64,000 nucleotides of DNA from Patescibacteria group bacterium (GTDB lineage Bacteria; Patescibacteriota; Patescibacteriia; UBA10025; JAHIVO01): assembly GCA_041649335.1 (NCBI GenBank), contig JBAZNF010000001.1, positions 21,285-85,284 of the forward strand. The letters are read 5' to 3'. How positions within the stretch are numbered: position 1 is the stretch's first letter; every line of letters begins with the position of its first letter. Positions 1 to 9,094 of this stretch are shown one piece after another. The notes beneath the pieces were generated by a model. The model was given only the letters and a program-made list of their open reading frames with translations. It had not been told where the DNA came from and ran no database searches. Both the position numbers and the translations under genes were made by a program.

Positions 1-58
1 AAACGAATTCATCCGAGCATCATAGCCTAACACCTTTTTTTTTCTTTGGAGGTTTCTA

Positions 59-253
59 TTGAGTACAGTAATTTTTTCTCAGCCAGAACCGGCTACGCCA
101 ACATTCCAAGGGATTTGGGATTCTTGCGGTCGGTGCGGAAATCGGCAACTTTTCCGTAAGCAGGGCGAAAACATTCCTTTCTGTGGATTTTGCCAGAAGG
201 ACGCCCTGCCCCCGAACGTTAAACTGGATCCGCGGGAACTAGTCTTCGTATAA
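59..253 (+). CDS. Small (64 aa) zinc-ribbon-like hypothetical protein; TTG start
   Basis: GGAGG at 48-52 lies 6 nt before the TTG at 59. The ORF ends at 253 and a rho-independent terminator follows (hairpin 287-307 plus T-run). The protein has CGRCGN...CGFC Cys pairs. Confidence 0.45.
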   Translation: MSTVIFSQPEPATPTFQGIWDSCGRCGNRQLFRKQGENIPFCGFCQKDALPPNVKLDPRELVFV

Positions 254-286
254 TAGATTTGGCATCCCTGGCAGGCCAATAAATAA

Positions 287-316
287 CTCCGTCCATTCCG
301 GGCGGAGCTTTTTTTG
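287..316. terminator. Bidirectional intrinsic terminator between two convergent small genes
   Basis: Stem ctccgtcc/gggcggag (one G-U pair), 5-nt loop, then TTTTTTT on the plus strand and a T-rich run on the minus strand. Confidence 0.6.
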
Positions 317-325
317 AGAAGTATT

Positions 326-544
326 TTACTTCTCGGTGTCTTTTGTCGGACCAATGAAGAAGTCTGGCGGTACGGTTTCGTCGCCGAAAAACTGCGTGGC
401 GTCGGGTTCATCGTGGAATCGTGGGCCGATCCTTTTGGCGATCCGACGGTCCGTATTGCGGATTTCCTTCCTGACTTGACGCAGGAGGTATTCAGTTGTC
501 CCAGGGAGAAAACTCGCAAAAATAGATCTTAACGATTCTTTCAC
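326..544 (-). CDS. Hypothetical 72-aa charged protein; GTG start
   Basis: On the minus strand, AAGGAGG sits 4 nt upstream of the GTG start (reverse complement of 545-560). The gene ends at the shared terminator. Confidence 0.45.
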   Translation of the reverse strand: MKESLRSIFASFLPGTTEYLLRQVRKEIRNTDRRIAKRIGPRFHDEPDATQFFGDETVPPDFFIGPTKDTEK

Positions 545-703
545 GCACCCTCCTTGGTGTGTTGAAAGGTTGTGGCCAATGTACGAGTGAAAAAAGTATC
601 ATAGCAAGTACCAGGCACATTGTCAATGCGGCGTTTTATTATTTCGCCAATATCAGATATTTTTTGTCATTTATGCGGCAATCATATATACTATAGCCAT
701 ACT

Positions 704-2230
704 ATGCTTTATCTGAAGGCAAAAAAGTTGGATTTTTCTTCTGGCGGCCAACCCTGGGTCGTCATTTTGCATGAGGATGAGGCAAAAACGTACGGCATCG
801 TCCTGGGAGACCTTTTGGAAGTCAAATGGGCGGGCCAGCGGGCGATTGTCGTCGCCTATTATTCCCGGCACAAGGTCAGTACGGGAGAAATAGGATTATT
901 TGCCGAGATTTGGAAGCACCGTAGTGTCCGTGACGGCGATCCGGTTTCTTTGCGCGTATTGTCCCGTCCGCCATCAATCGAGGCTATCCGTAAAAAACTG
1001 TTGGGAGAAAGCCTGTCCTATGAAGAGATGCGTTCGATTATTTATGATGTCGTCCACCATAAGCTTTCCAATGTCGAGATTACGTATTTTGTTGCCTCGA
1101 GTTTTATTAAGGAATTTTCCAATAAAGAACTGTACTTCATGACCAAAGCCATGGCGGCCACCGGAGAAGTCCTGAAACCGGACGCAAAAGTGGTGGCTGA
1201 CAAGCATTCGGTGGGCGGCGTGGCCGGTAATCGGACGACGATGGTCGTCATCCCGATTGTGGCTTCGTGCGGGGTATTTATCCCCAAAACCTCATCGCGG
1301 GCCATTACCTCGCCGGCCGGTACCGCAGATACCATGGAGGTGCTGGCGCCAGTCCATTTGACGTTTGAGCAAATCCAGAAGGTGCTGGCAAAAGTCGGCG
1401 CGTGCCTGATTTGGGGCGGCAGTTTCCGGCTGGCTCCGGCAGACGATTATTTGATCCGGGTGTCCCACCCGCTGATGCTGGAACCATTGGACAAGATGGT
1501 GGTGAGCATAATGGCCAAAAAAGTGGCCATGGGCGTGACGCATCTGGTGGTGGATTTGCCGTATGGTCCGTCCGTAAAAATTTTAAGCAAGAAAAGCGCG
1601 CTGGAAGTCAAAAGAAAATTTGAATACCTGGCCAAACAGTTCGCCATGAAAATCGACGTGGTCATGACCGCAACGTACGAACCGGTCGGACGCGGTATCG
1701 GTCCTTCATTGGAAGCGCGTGATGTTCTGCGCGTCCTGCAGCAAAAGGACTACCGTCCGGCCGACCTGGAAAAGAAGTCTATTGGGCTGGCCGGCCGCCT
1801 TTTGGAACTGTGCGGAAAAGCCAGGCGCGGAACCGGGCATATGATGGCTGCCGAAGCATTGACGTCCGGTCGGGCCTGGAAAAAAATGCAGGCTATTATC
1901 AAGGCGCAGGGCGGCAAACAGAAAATAGATTCGGAAGATTTGACGCAGTCGGCGATCCGGCAGAGGTTTCACGCCCCGTACAACGGGCAGGTCACCGAGG
2001 TTGACGACCAAATGGTGGACGAGATCGCCCGGACGCTCGGCGCGCCGCATGATAAATTGGCCGGTATTTATATCAATAAGATGCTGGGGCAAAAAGTACG
2101 GAGGGGGGAGCGGCTATTCACGTTGTATGGGTCGAATGACGACCGCATCGCCTTGGCGCTAGAGGCATTAAAGGGCAAGAAAATATTTACAATTAAGCGG
2201 ATGAGCGTCAGAGAAGACGCCGCGGGATAA
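704..2230 (+). CDS. AMP phosphorylase / archaeal-type thymidine phosphorylase family (nucleoside phosphorylase, DeoA-like)
   Basis: The thymidine-phosphorylase core motifs are present (KHSVGGVAGNRTT..., ITSPAGTADTMEVLAP). There is an ~80-aa N-terminal extension of the kind typical of AMP phosphorylases. I chose the start at the internal Met (MLYLKAKKL...); the ORF track starts at 620. A TTGTCA-17-TATACT promoter lies just upstream. Confidence 0.8.
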   Translation: MLYLKAKKLDFSSGGQPWVVILHEDEAKTYGIVLGDLLEVKWAGQRAIVVAYYSRHKVSTGEIGLFAEIWKHRSVRDGDPVSLRVLSRPPSIEAIRKKLLGESLSYEEMRSIIYDVVHHKLSNVEITYFVASSFIKEFSNKELYFMTKAMAATGEVLKPDAKVVADKHSVGGVAGNRTTMVVIPIVASCGVFIPKTSSRAITSPAGTADTMEVLAPVHLTFEQIQKVLAKVGACLIWGGSFRLAPADDYLIRVSHPLMLEPLDKMVVSIMAKKVAMGVTHLVVDLPYGPSVKILSKKSALEVKRKFEYLAKQFAMKIDVVMTATYEPVGRGIGPSLEARDVLRVLQQKDYRPADLEKKSIGLAGRLLELCGKARRGTGHMMAAEALTSGRAWKKMQAIIKAQGGKQKIDSEDLTQSAIRQRFHAPYNGQVTEVDDQMVDEIARTLGAPHDKLAGIYINKMLGQKVRRGERLFTLYGSNDDRIALALEALKGKKIFTIKRMSVREDAAG

Positions 2231-2237
2231 TTTTACC

Positions 2238-2426
2238 ATGAAGAAACCGATAGTCGATCAGGAAAAATGTTCAGGATGCGGCACCTGTACCGCATTATGT
2301 CCGGAAGCTTTTGAATTGAGCCTGGAGGGCAAATCGCAAGTTAAGCCATTGGATAGTTATGACGGCCTGCCTATTCAGGATGCCATTGATAGCTGCCCAA
2401 ACGGCGCAATTAGTTTTGACGAATAA
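2238..2426 (+). CDS. Small single-cluster ferredoxin (4Fe-4S, CxxCxxC...CP type)
   Basis: 62 aa with CSGCGTC...SCPNG, a Pyrococcus-Fd-like architecture. Confidence 0.8.
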   Translation: MKKPIVDQEKCSGCGTCTALCPEAFELSLEGKSQVKPLDSYDGLPIQDAIDSCPNGAISFDE

Positions 2427-2439
2427 GAGGAAGTGGACA

Positions 2440-2468
2440 TTGACACCGGCGGGGTCCTGATATATACT
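2440..2468 (+). promoter_or_regulatory. Sigma70-like promoter of the fur-family gene (TTGACA-17-TATACT)
   Basis: TTGACA at 2440-2445, TATACT at 2463-2468. Confidence 0.5.
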
Positions 2469-2492
2469 TATTGAGAATCATTCTTAATAAGT
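2466..2492. promoter_or_regulatory. Fur/PerR-box-like 13-1-13 inverted repeat (ACTTATTGAGAAT-C-ATTCTTAATAAGT) overlapping the -10 and transcription start of the fur gene; probable autoregulatory operator
   Basis: Near-perfect palindrome with one mismatch. Its AATCATT core matches the Fur box consensus GATAATGATAATCATTATC. Confidence 0.55.
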
Positions 2493-2500
2493 ACTTTAGG

Positions 2501-3073
2501 ATGTCTAGGCAAAAAGCCATGCAGAAGGATACGCCACGTGACTGGCGGCTGACCAGCCAGCGCCTGGATATTTTGGATTTTTTACGCAAGGATAAAGGGC
2601 ATCCGACCGCCGAACAGGTGTACCGGGGTGTCCGTAAAAAAATACCCAACATCAGTTTTGGCACGGTATACCGCAACTTGGATTTTTTACGCCGGCATGG
2701 CTATATCAAGGAATGCGTGGTAGACAAGGTCAGCCGGTATGAGAGCCGCGTGGATTCCCACGTGCATTTGGTATGCGAAGGGTGCCATGCGATATTTGAG
2801 CAGAAGGACGGCCGACTCGGGACGATAGCCAAGGACCTCGCTGAAAAGAGCCGTTTTTTTATGCGGTCTGATAATCTGGAAATCCGCGGCTACTGCCGTG
2901 CCTGCCAGAAGAAACTTTCGCCGAAACTCAAAACGCCTGAACTATTTTGCATGGCCTGCGGCGAGCTGCTGGATGACATGCATCAGGAAGCGCCCGTTTG
3001 CCAGGACTGCTGTTTCCAAACTCATTGCCGTTATTATGGACCACTGCCAAAGAAACAACCCGTCGGAAAATAG
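2501..3073 (+). CDS. fur: Fur-family metalloregulator (Fur/PerR-like) with a Cys-rich C-terminal extension
   Basis: Winged-helix N-terminus (LTSQRLDILDFL...HPTAEQVY), the HxH...CEGCH...CRAC structural-Zn motifs, and about 55 extra C-terminal residues with further CxxC pairs. The ORF-track start at 2471 lies inside the operator palindrome, so I chose 2501. Confidence 0.8.
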   Translation: MSRQKAMQKDTPRDWRLTSQRLDILDFLRKDKGHPTAEQVYRGVRKKIPNISFGTVYRNLDFLRRHGYIKECVVDKVSRYESRVDSHVHLVCEGCHAIFEQKDGRLGTIAKDLAEKSRFFMRSDNLEIRGYCRACQKKLSPKLKTPELFCMACGELLDDMHQEAPVCQDCCFQTHCRYYGPLPKKQPVGK

Positions 3074-3191
3074 TCAGGACCTGCAACCGTGCCCGACTTG
3101 CGGATCGGACATGCCGTCGCTACGCGGGAGCAAACGTTCGGTTTGCAGCCAGTGCGGGTATAAGGAAAGCTGCTGTTATTAATTTTTGTGT

Positions 3192-3938
3192 ATGAAATTA
3201 TTAGAAATATATAACCTTAACGTCAAAGCCGGGAATAAGCACATCCTACGAGGAGTTAATCTGTCCATGCGCCCCGGTGAAACGCATGCCATCATGGGGC
3301 CGAACGGTTCCGGTAAATCAACTTTAGCTTCGGTTATTATGGGGCATCCCGGTTATGCAATTACCCAGGGCGGCGTGCGGCTGAACGGCAAACTTATCAA
3401 TTCACTTGATCCTGATGAACGCGCGCGAAAAGGCGTGTTTTTGTCTTTCCAGTATCCAAGTGAAGTACCAGGTCTCTCAATCGAGCATTTTTTACGCAAC
3501 GCCTTCAATGCCATCCATCCCCAAAACAATTTGTCAGTAGTGGAATTTCATAATCGTTTTCTTACTGCGGCAAACCAGTTGCGCATACGCCAGGATTTAG
3601 CCGGCCGTGGTTTGAACGAGGGGTTCTCCGGCGGCGAAAAGAAAAAACTTGAGATTCTGCAGTTAGCCCTGCTTGAACCCTCATTGGGGATTTTGGATGA
3701 AACTGATTCAGGGCTTGATATTGATGCCCTAAAAACGGTTTCCGCCGGCGTTAATGCGTTGCGAACCGCGAAGCGGTCTTTTCTAGTCATCACCCATTAT
3801 GTCCGTATCCTGAAATACGTCAAGCCGGACTGGGTCCACGTAATGATTGACGGCCGGATCGTACTGTCAGGAGACTGGAAACTAGCGCATCAGATAGAAA
3901 AGCGGGGGTATGACTGGCTGAACGTGAAGAAGAAATAA
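3192..3938 (+). CDS. sufC: Fe-S cluster assembly ATPase SufC
   Basis: Walker [10 protein letters not shown] and the ABC signature LSGGEKK, with the SufC-typical N-terminus. Confidence 0.95.
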   Translation: MKLLEIYNLNVKAGNKHILRGVNLSMRPGETHAIMGPNGSGKSTLASVIMGHPGYAITQGGVRLNGKLINSLDPDERARKGVFLSFQYPSEVPGLSIEHFLRNAFNAIHPQNNLSVVEFHNRFLTAANQLRIRQDLAGRGLNEGFSGGEKKKLEILQLALLEPSLGILDETDSGLDIDALKTVSAGVNALRTAKRSFLVITHYVRILKYVKPDWVHVMIDGRIVLSGDWKLAHQIEKRGYDWLNVKKK

Positions 3939-3940
3939 AC

Positions 3941-5332
3941 ATGCGGCCCAAGGCGACCAACGAAGAGCTTCTTACCCGGCCTGATGACGTGGCCTATTTG
4001 TTCAAGGCAAAAAAGGGATTGTCGGAACGGGTTGTCAGGGAAATATCACACCTCAAAGGTGAGTCTGACTGGATGCGCGACATACGTTTGCGGGCGTACC
4101 AGGTATTCCTCAAGAAAAAAATGCCGACCTGGGGCGGCGACCTTTCGAAGATACGCTTTGAGGATATTTTTTATTACATGAAGCCGGTCGAGAAAGTGTT
4201 TCAGAATTGGTCTGACGTGCCGACGGCTATCCGTTCGACGTATCAACGTCTAGGCATACCGCAGGCTGAGCAGAAATACCTGTCCGGAGTCATGGCCCAG
4301 TACGAATCAGAAGCCGTCTACCATAATTTAAAGGATCGGATGGGGAAAAACGGCGTTATTTTTGAAGACATGGATACTGCACTCAAGAAATACCCGGAAA
4401 TCGTGAAAAAATATTTCGGCCGGGTCATCCCCGCCGGGGACAATAAGTTCGCCGCGCTGAATACTGCCGTGTGGAGCGGCGGCAGTTTCGTTTACGTGCC
4501 GGCCGGGGTAAAAGTTGAATTCCCCCTTCAGGCGTATTTCCGTATCAACGCCCGCAATGCCGGGCAATTTGAACGCACGCTCATTGTCGCCGAGCCCGGC
4601 AGTTTCGTGCATTACGTTGAAGGATGTACGGCCCCTGTTTATACGACAAATTCCTTGCATTCAGCCGTCGTGGAAATTATCGTCAAACCAGGGGCGCGTG
4701 TCAGATATACGACCGTGCAAAATTGGTCAAAGAATGTCTATAACCTAGTCACCAAGCGAAGTTTTGTCTACGAAGAGGGGGTCATGGAATGGGTAGACGG
4801 CAATTTGGGGAGCAAGTTGACCATGAAATACCCTTCCGTCTATTTGCTTGGACGCAAGGCGCACGGCGAGGTATTGTCCATCGCTTTGGCCGGCGACGGA
4901 CAGCACCAGGACGCCGGCGGTAAGGCCATTCACGGCGCACCAGAAACAACTTCACGTATCATTTCCAAATCTATCGCCAAGGAGACCGGCCGCACCTCAT
5001 ACCGCGGACTTGTCCGCGTGCCGCGTGGCATGACCGGAGCGAAATCGAATGTCGTGTGTGATGCGCTGTTATTGGATGAACGTTCCCGCTCTGATACGTA
5101 TCCGACCATGGAAATAAAGGAAAGTGACGTGCAGATCGGCCATGAGGCATCGGTAGGCAAGATCGGGGAAGAGCAGTTGTTCTATTTGCGCAGCCGCGGA
5201 TTGAGCGAAGCCGAAGCCATGAATCTGATCGTAGCCGGTTTTATTGAACCGATCGCCAAGGAATTGCCATTGGAATACGCCGTCGAGCTAAACCGTTTAA
5301 TTCAATTGGAGATGGAGGGGAGCGTCGGATAA
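3941..5332 (+). CDS. sufB: Fe-S cluster assembly protein SufB
   Basis: 463 aa with the conserved SufB core and the C-terminal [11 protein letters not shown] motif. Confidence 0.93.
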   Translation: MRPKATNEELLTRPDDVAYLFKAKKGLSERVVREISHLKGESDWMRDIRLRAYQVFLKKKMPTWGGDLSKIRFEDIFYYMKPVEKVFQNWSDVPTAIRSTYQRLGIPQAEQKYLSGVMAQYESEAVYHNLKDRMGKNGVIFEDMDTALKKYPEIVKKYFGRVIPAGDNKFAALNTAVWSGGSFVYVPAGVKVEFPLQAYFRINARNAGQFERTLIVAEPGSFVHYVEGCTAPVYTTNSLHSAVVEIIVKPGARVRYTTVQNWSKNVYNLVTKRSFVYEEGVMEWVDGNLGSKLTMKYPSVYLLGRKAHGEVLSIALAGDGQHQDAGGKAIHGAPETTSRIISKSIAKETGRTSYRGLVRVPRGMTGAKSNVVCDALLLDERSRSDTYPTMEIKESDVQIGHEASVGKIGEEQLFYLRSRGLSEAEAMNLIVAGFIEPIAKELPLEYAVELNRLIQLEMEGSVG

Positions 5333-5336
5333 TCAT

Positions 5337-6044
5337 ATGATGAAATCAAAACATTTTCACGTCAAGCAGGACATGACATTGGAAATCGACATGCGGAAGC
5401 ATCCAGCACTTGATTTCAGTATTACTGTCGAAGCCGGAAAGCAACTGAACCTGGTCTGGCTGGGGAACGGTTTACCGAAGCCGGTTCAGCCGTCCCTGCG
5501 CATTGTTTTGAAGGAAAAGGCTCGTATGCATTTGGCACTGGCTGTGGCGCGTACGCATGTGGCAACGGCCGGAGTGGCGCTGGTCCTGGCTGGGGACGGC
5601 GCGGAGGCATATGTGTCAGCTGTCTTTCATGGTTCAGGCGAAGACCGGCATGCGTTTGATGTGGCCATGCACCATCAGGCAAAAAATACCAAAGGTGATA
5701 TACTGATAAAAGGTGTATATGAGGATTCGTCGTTTGGCCAGTTCAACGGATTGTTGAAAATACATCCCCGCGCGGATAAGACAAATTCATATTTTGTGGA
5801 TAACGTGTTGTTGTTCGGCCGGGGCATGGCTACGTCCATCCCGACGCTGGAGATTTCGGCCAATGATGTCCGGGCGACTCACGGGTCAACGACCAGCCGG
5901 GTCAATGCCGAACAGCTGTTTTATCTCCGGAGCCGTGGATTGAACGTCGGTCAGGCGACAAAACATATCATTCAGGGATTTTTCCATCCGGTCCTATCCC
6001 GCCTGCCGCAGAACGCTTTACCATTATTTCCATATACCATATGA
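5337..6044 (+). CDS. sufD: SufD-like Fe-S assembly protein, unusually short (235 aa)
   Basis: Shares the SufB/D C-terminal motif ([12 protein letters not shown]) and sits between sufB and sufS. Confidence 0.75.
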   Translation: MMKSKHFHVKQDMTLEIDMRKHPALDFSITVEAGKQLNLVWLGNGLPKPVQPSLRIVLKEKARMHLALAVARTHVATAGVALVLAGDGAEAYVSAVFHGSGEDRHAFDVAMHHQAKNTKGDILIKGVYEDSSFGQFNGLLKIHPRADKTNSYFVDNVLLFGRGMATSIPTLEISANDVRATHGSTTSRVNAEQLFYLRSRGLNVGQATKHIIQGFFHPVLSRLPQNALPLFPYTI

Positions 6045-7288
6045 CTCCATTAGTAAAAAAATCCTGGCCAAAGATAAAAGCGGACTTTCCGATCTTTTAC
6101 CAGAAGGTAAACGGCCAGCCGCTGGTATTTTTGGATTCTACGGCCAGCACCCAAAAACCGCAGTCAGTCATAAATGCGGTCAAGGAACTTTATGAGACGT
6201 ATTATGCCAATGTGCATCGGGGGATATATATGCTGTCGGAAAAATCATCCGAGGCGTATGAATTAGTGCGGCAAAAAGTTGCAGATTTCATCCACGCGCC
6301 TTCGGCCAGTGAGGTAATTTTTACGCGCAACGCGACGGAGAGCATCAATCTGGTTGCGTATACGTGGGGTCGGCAGAATATCGCTCAGGGGGACGTGATC
6401 TTGCTTACGGAAATGGAGCATCACGCCAACCTGGTACCCTGGCAACTCCTGGCCAAGGAAAAAGGTGCCCGACTGTCGTTCATCCCGATCACGAAAGATT
6501 TCCGGTTAGATGTGGCGGCGTTGGATTCATTGTTAGTCAAGCAGGTTAAATTAGTGGCGTTGACGCATATGTCCAACGTGTTAGGCACTATCAATCCGGT
6601 CAAGAAAATTATCAAGCAGGTTAGGAAAAAGGTGCCGCAGGCGGTCGTGCTGGTTGACGGAGCGCAAAGCGTGCCCCATTTTGCTGTGGACATGAAAGAC
6701 ATTGATGCTGATTTTTACGCATTTTCCTCGCACAAGATGCTCGGCCCTACGGGCGTCGGCGTACTGTACGGCAAGCGGGAGCTGCTTGAACGCATGCCGC
6801 CGTTCATGACTGGCGGGGACATGATCGCCCAGGTGACGTATCAGGACGCTCAGTGGAACGATCTGCCATGGAAATTTGAAGCCGGCACGCCGAACATCGC
6901 CGGTACTATCGGTTTTGGCGCGGCCATTGATTATTTGCAGGCAATCGGCATGGACCGGATTTTTTCGCATGAACAGGATCTGACAGCGTTGGCCATCAAA
7001 GAATTGTCCGCCATCCCCGGTATCGTGATCTATGGGCCGCGTGAAGTGAAGGACCGGGGCGGCGCCGTCGCTTTCAGCGTCAGCGATATCCATCCGCACG
7101 ATCTCGCATCCATATTGGATGAACAGGGGATTGCCGTGCGGGCCGGACACCATTGCGCCCAACCGCTGCATGAGAAGCTGGGCGTCGAATCCACGACGCG
7201 GGCTAGTTTTTACCTCTATAACACTGAATCCGACGTCATGTCTTTAGTGGCTGCCTTAAAAAAAGCTAAGGAAATTTTTAACGTATGA
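6041..7288 (+). CDS. sufS: Cysteine desulfurase SufS (PLP-dependent, class V aminotransferase)
   Basis: PLP lysine motif SSHKMLGPTGVGVLYG. The TGA stop overlaps the sufU ATG (ATGA). Confidence 0.95.
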   Translation: MTPLVKKSWPKIKADFPIFYQKVNGQPLVFLDSTASTQKPQSVINAVKELYETYYANVHRGIYMLSEKSSEAYELVRQKVADFIHAPSASEVIFTRNATESINLVAYTWGRQNIAQGDVILLTEMEHHANLVPWQLLAKEKGARLSFIPITKDFRLDVAALDSLLVKQVKLVALTHMSNVLGTINPVKKIIKQVRKKVPQAVVLVDGAQSVPHFAVDMKDIDADFYAFSSHKMLGPTGVGVLYGKRELLERMPPFMTGGDMIAQVTYQDAQWNDLPWKFEAGTPNIAGTIGFGAAIDYLQAIGMDRIFSHEQDLTALAIKELSAIPGIVIYGPREVKDRGGAVAFSVSDIHPHDLASILDEQGIAVRAGHHCAQPLHEKLGVESTTRASFYLYNTESDVMSLVAALKKAKEIFNV

Positions 7289-7677
7289 CTTTCGACATGT
7301 ACAGGCAAATCATCATTGACCACGCGAAAAAGCCAAAAAACGTCGGTACGGTCAAACAGGCCGATGGCCAGGCTGAGCGAAATAATCCGCTATGCGGCGA
7401 CCGTATTATGATTAGTTACCGTACGGATAAAACCAAGAAAAAGCTGCAGGAGGTCAAGTTTGACGGCGCGGGCTGCAGTATCGCAAAAGCGGCCGCCTCA
7501 ATACTGACCGAAAAGGTGACCGGAAAAAGTATGGCAGAATTGAAAAAATATACTGACGACGATTTTATAAAGGACATGGGCGTGCCCATCACGCCGGCCA
7601 GGCGAAAATGCGCCCTCCTGGCGCTGGAGACTTTCCGGCAGGCTGCTCACGTAGAAAAAGACAATCATAAACACTAA
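7285..7677 (+). CDS. sufU: SufU/IscU-like sulfur-transfer scaffold protein
   Basis: NifU-N/IscU fold motifs: NPLCGD...GAGCSI. Confidence 0.85.
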   Translation: MTFDMYRQIIIDHAKKPKNVGTVKQADGQAERNNPLCGDRIMISYRTDKTKKKLQEVKFDGAGCSIAKAAASILTEKVTGKSMAELKKYTDDDFIKDMGVPITPARRKCALLALETFRQAAHVEKDNHKH

Positions 7678-7695
7678 CCAAGAAATGATAGACAT

Positions 7696-8307
7696 ATGAG
7701 GAAATACGAAACGCCCAAGTTGCCCTATGCATACGACGCACTTGAGCCATATATCGATAAGGAGACGATATTGATCCATCACGACAAGCATCATGAGGCT
7801 TATACGCAAAAGCTGAACGCTGCGGTGGAAAAGCATCCGGAATTGTTCAGTAAGCCCGTGGAAGATTTATTGCGTGATTTGGACGCAATCCCTGAAGACA
7901 TCCGCTTGATAGTACGGAACCATGGCGGCGGCCACTACAACCATAATGTGTACTGGTCGATACTGGGCCCGAATGCTGGCGGTGAACCCAGCGGACAGTT
8001 AGCTACAGTAATCCAGCGTGATTTTGGCAGTATTGAAAAGTTGAAGGGGCTGATGGGCGAAACGGCGACCGGAATATTCGGTTCCGGTTGGGCGTGGCTG
8101 TCCGCGGCAGAGGGCACACTGATCGTGGAAAAGACAGCAAACCAGGATTCGCCGCTTTCCGCCGGCCATATACCGTTATTGGCAATTGATGTGTGGGAGC
8201 ATGCATATTACCTGAAGTACCATAATGTCCGGGCGGACTACATTAAGGCATTTTGGAACGTGGTGAACTGGCAGGCGGTATCGGAACGGTATTTGGCTAC
8301 CGTTTAA
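7696..8307 (+). CDS. sodA: Fe/Mn superoxide dismutase
   Basis: HHDKHH, DVWEHAYYL and YLKYHNVRADY motifs. Confidence 0.95.
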   Translation: MRKYETPKLPYAYDALEPYIDKETILIHHDKHHEAYTQKLNAAVEKHPELFSKPVEDLLRDLDAIPEDIRLIVRNHGGGHYNHNVYWSILGPNAGGEPSGQLATVIQRDFGSIEKLKGLMGETATGIFGSGWAWLSAAEGTLIVEKTANQDSPLSAGHIPLLAIDVWEHAYYLKYHNVRADYIKAFWNVVNWQAVSERYLATV

Positions 8308-8330
8308 TGAAAAAATAGTGTATAGTGAGA

Positions 8331-8348
8331 GTAATTAATCATTAAGAT
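8331..8348. promoter_or_regulatory. Putative Fur box upstream of ferritin (GTAATTAATCATTAAGAT; TTAAT-C-ATTAA palindrome)
   Basis: It shares the AATCATT core with the fur-gene operator and lies 10-27 nt upstream of the ferritin ATG. Confidence 0.35.
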
Positions 8349-8357
8349 ATATAATTT

Positions 8358-8852
8358 ATGATAAATAAAAAAGTTGAAGCAGCATTCAATAAGCAGATTG
8401 CGGAAGAACAGTATTCGGCCATGTTGTATCTGGCATTGGCCGCGTATTATGAGTCACGCAACCTGAAAGGGTTCGGGGCCTGGCTCCGGGCTCAGTACGA
8501 AGAGGAGTTGACTCATGCCATGAAATTTGTTGATTTCATCCTGGAACGTGGCGGCAGTATCGAGCTCTCGGCATTGCCGAAGCCCCCGGTCAAACTACCT
8601 CCACCGCATCAGGCTTTTGCCCTGGCCTACCAGCATGAGCAGAAAATCACTCGTTTGATACACGGGCTATACGATTTAGCCACAAAAGAGAAGGATTACC
8701 CATCCCAGAGTTTCCTGAAGTGGTTCATTGACGAGCAGGTCGAGGAAGAAGCGAATACCCTAGAGATAACCGAGAAACTGAAGATGATCGGCGAGAAAGG
8801 CAGCGGCATCTTCATGTTGGACCATCAATTAGGTAAGCGTGGGAAGGAATAA
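8358..8852 (+). CDS. ftn: Non-heme ferritin (Ftn family)
   Basis: Ferritin-like diiron residues (EEQYSAMLY...EELTHAMKF...QHEQKIT). Confidence 0.85.
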   Translation: MINKKVEAAFNKQIAEEQYSAMLYLALAAYYESRNLKGFGAWLRAQYEEELTHAMKFVDFILERGGSIELSALPKPPVKLPPPHQAFALAYQHEQKITRLIHGLYDLATKEKDYPSQSFLKWFIDEQVEEEANTLEITEKLKMIGEKGSGIFMLDHQLGKRGKE

Positions 8853-8855
8853 TTT

Positions 8856-9068
8856 ATGAAAATTCATCTTGACCGGGATAAATGTATCAGTGCAGGTACG
8901 TGCGTAGCCATTGCGCCTGACGTTTTTGAGCTGGATGAGGAGGGGAAAGTCAAGATGAAAAATGAACATGGGGCTGACGACCAAACCATCCTCGATGCCG
9001 CCAAATCCTGTCCAGTCCTGGCCATTGAACTGTATCAGGATGACGGCCGCAGGATTTTCCCCGAGTAA
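8856..9068 (+). CDS. Small ferredoxin (Cx2Ax2C...CP pattern suggests a 3Fe-4S/4Fe-4S single-cluster type)
   Basis: 70 aa with CISAGTC...SCPVLAI, paralogous to the 2238 ferredoxin. Confidence 0.75.
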   Translation: MKIHLDRDKCISAGTCVAIAPDVFELDEEGKVKMKNEHGADDQTILDAAKSCPVLAIELYQDDGRRIFPE

Positions 9069-9094
9069 CGAATCATAGACACATTACCATCAGT

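Noticed and set aside
2471-2500. Upstream ATG start for the fur-family ORF
   Set aside because: The codon lies inside the operator palindrome and overlaps the predicted transcription start. The Met at 2501 is the more plausible start.
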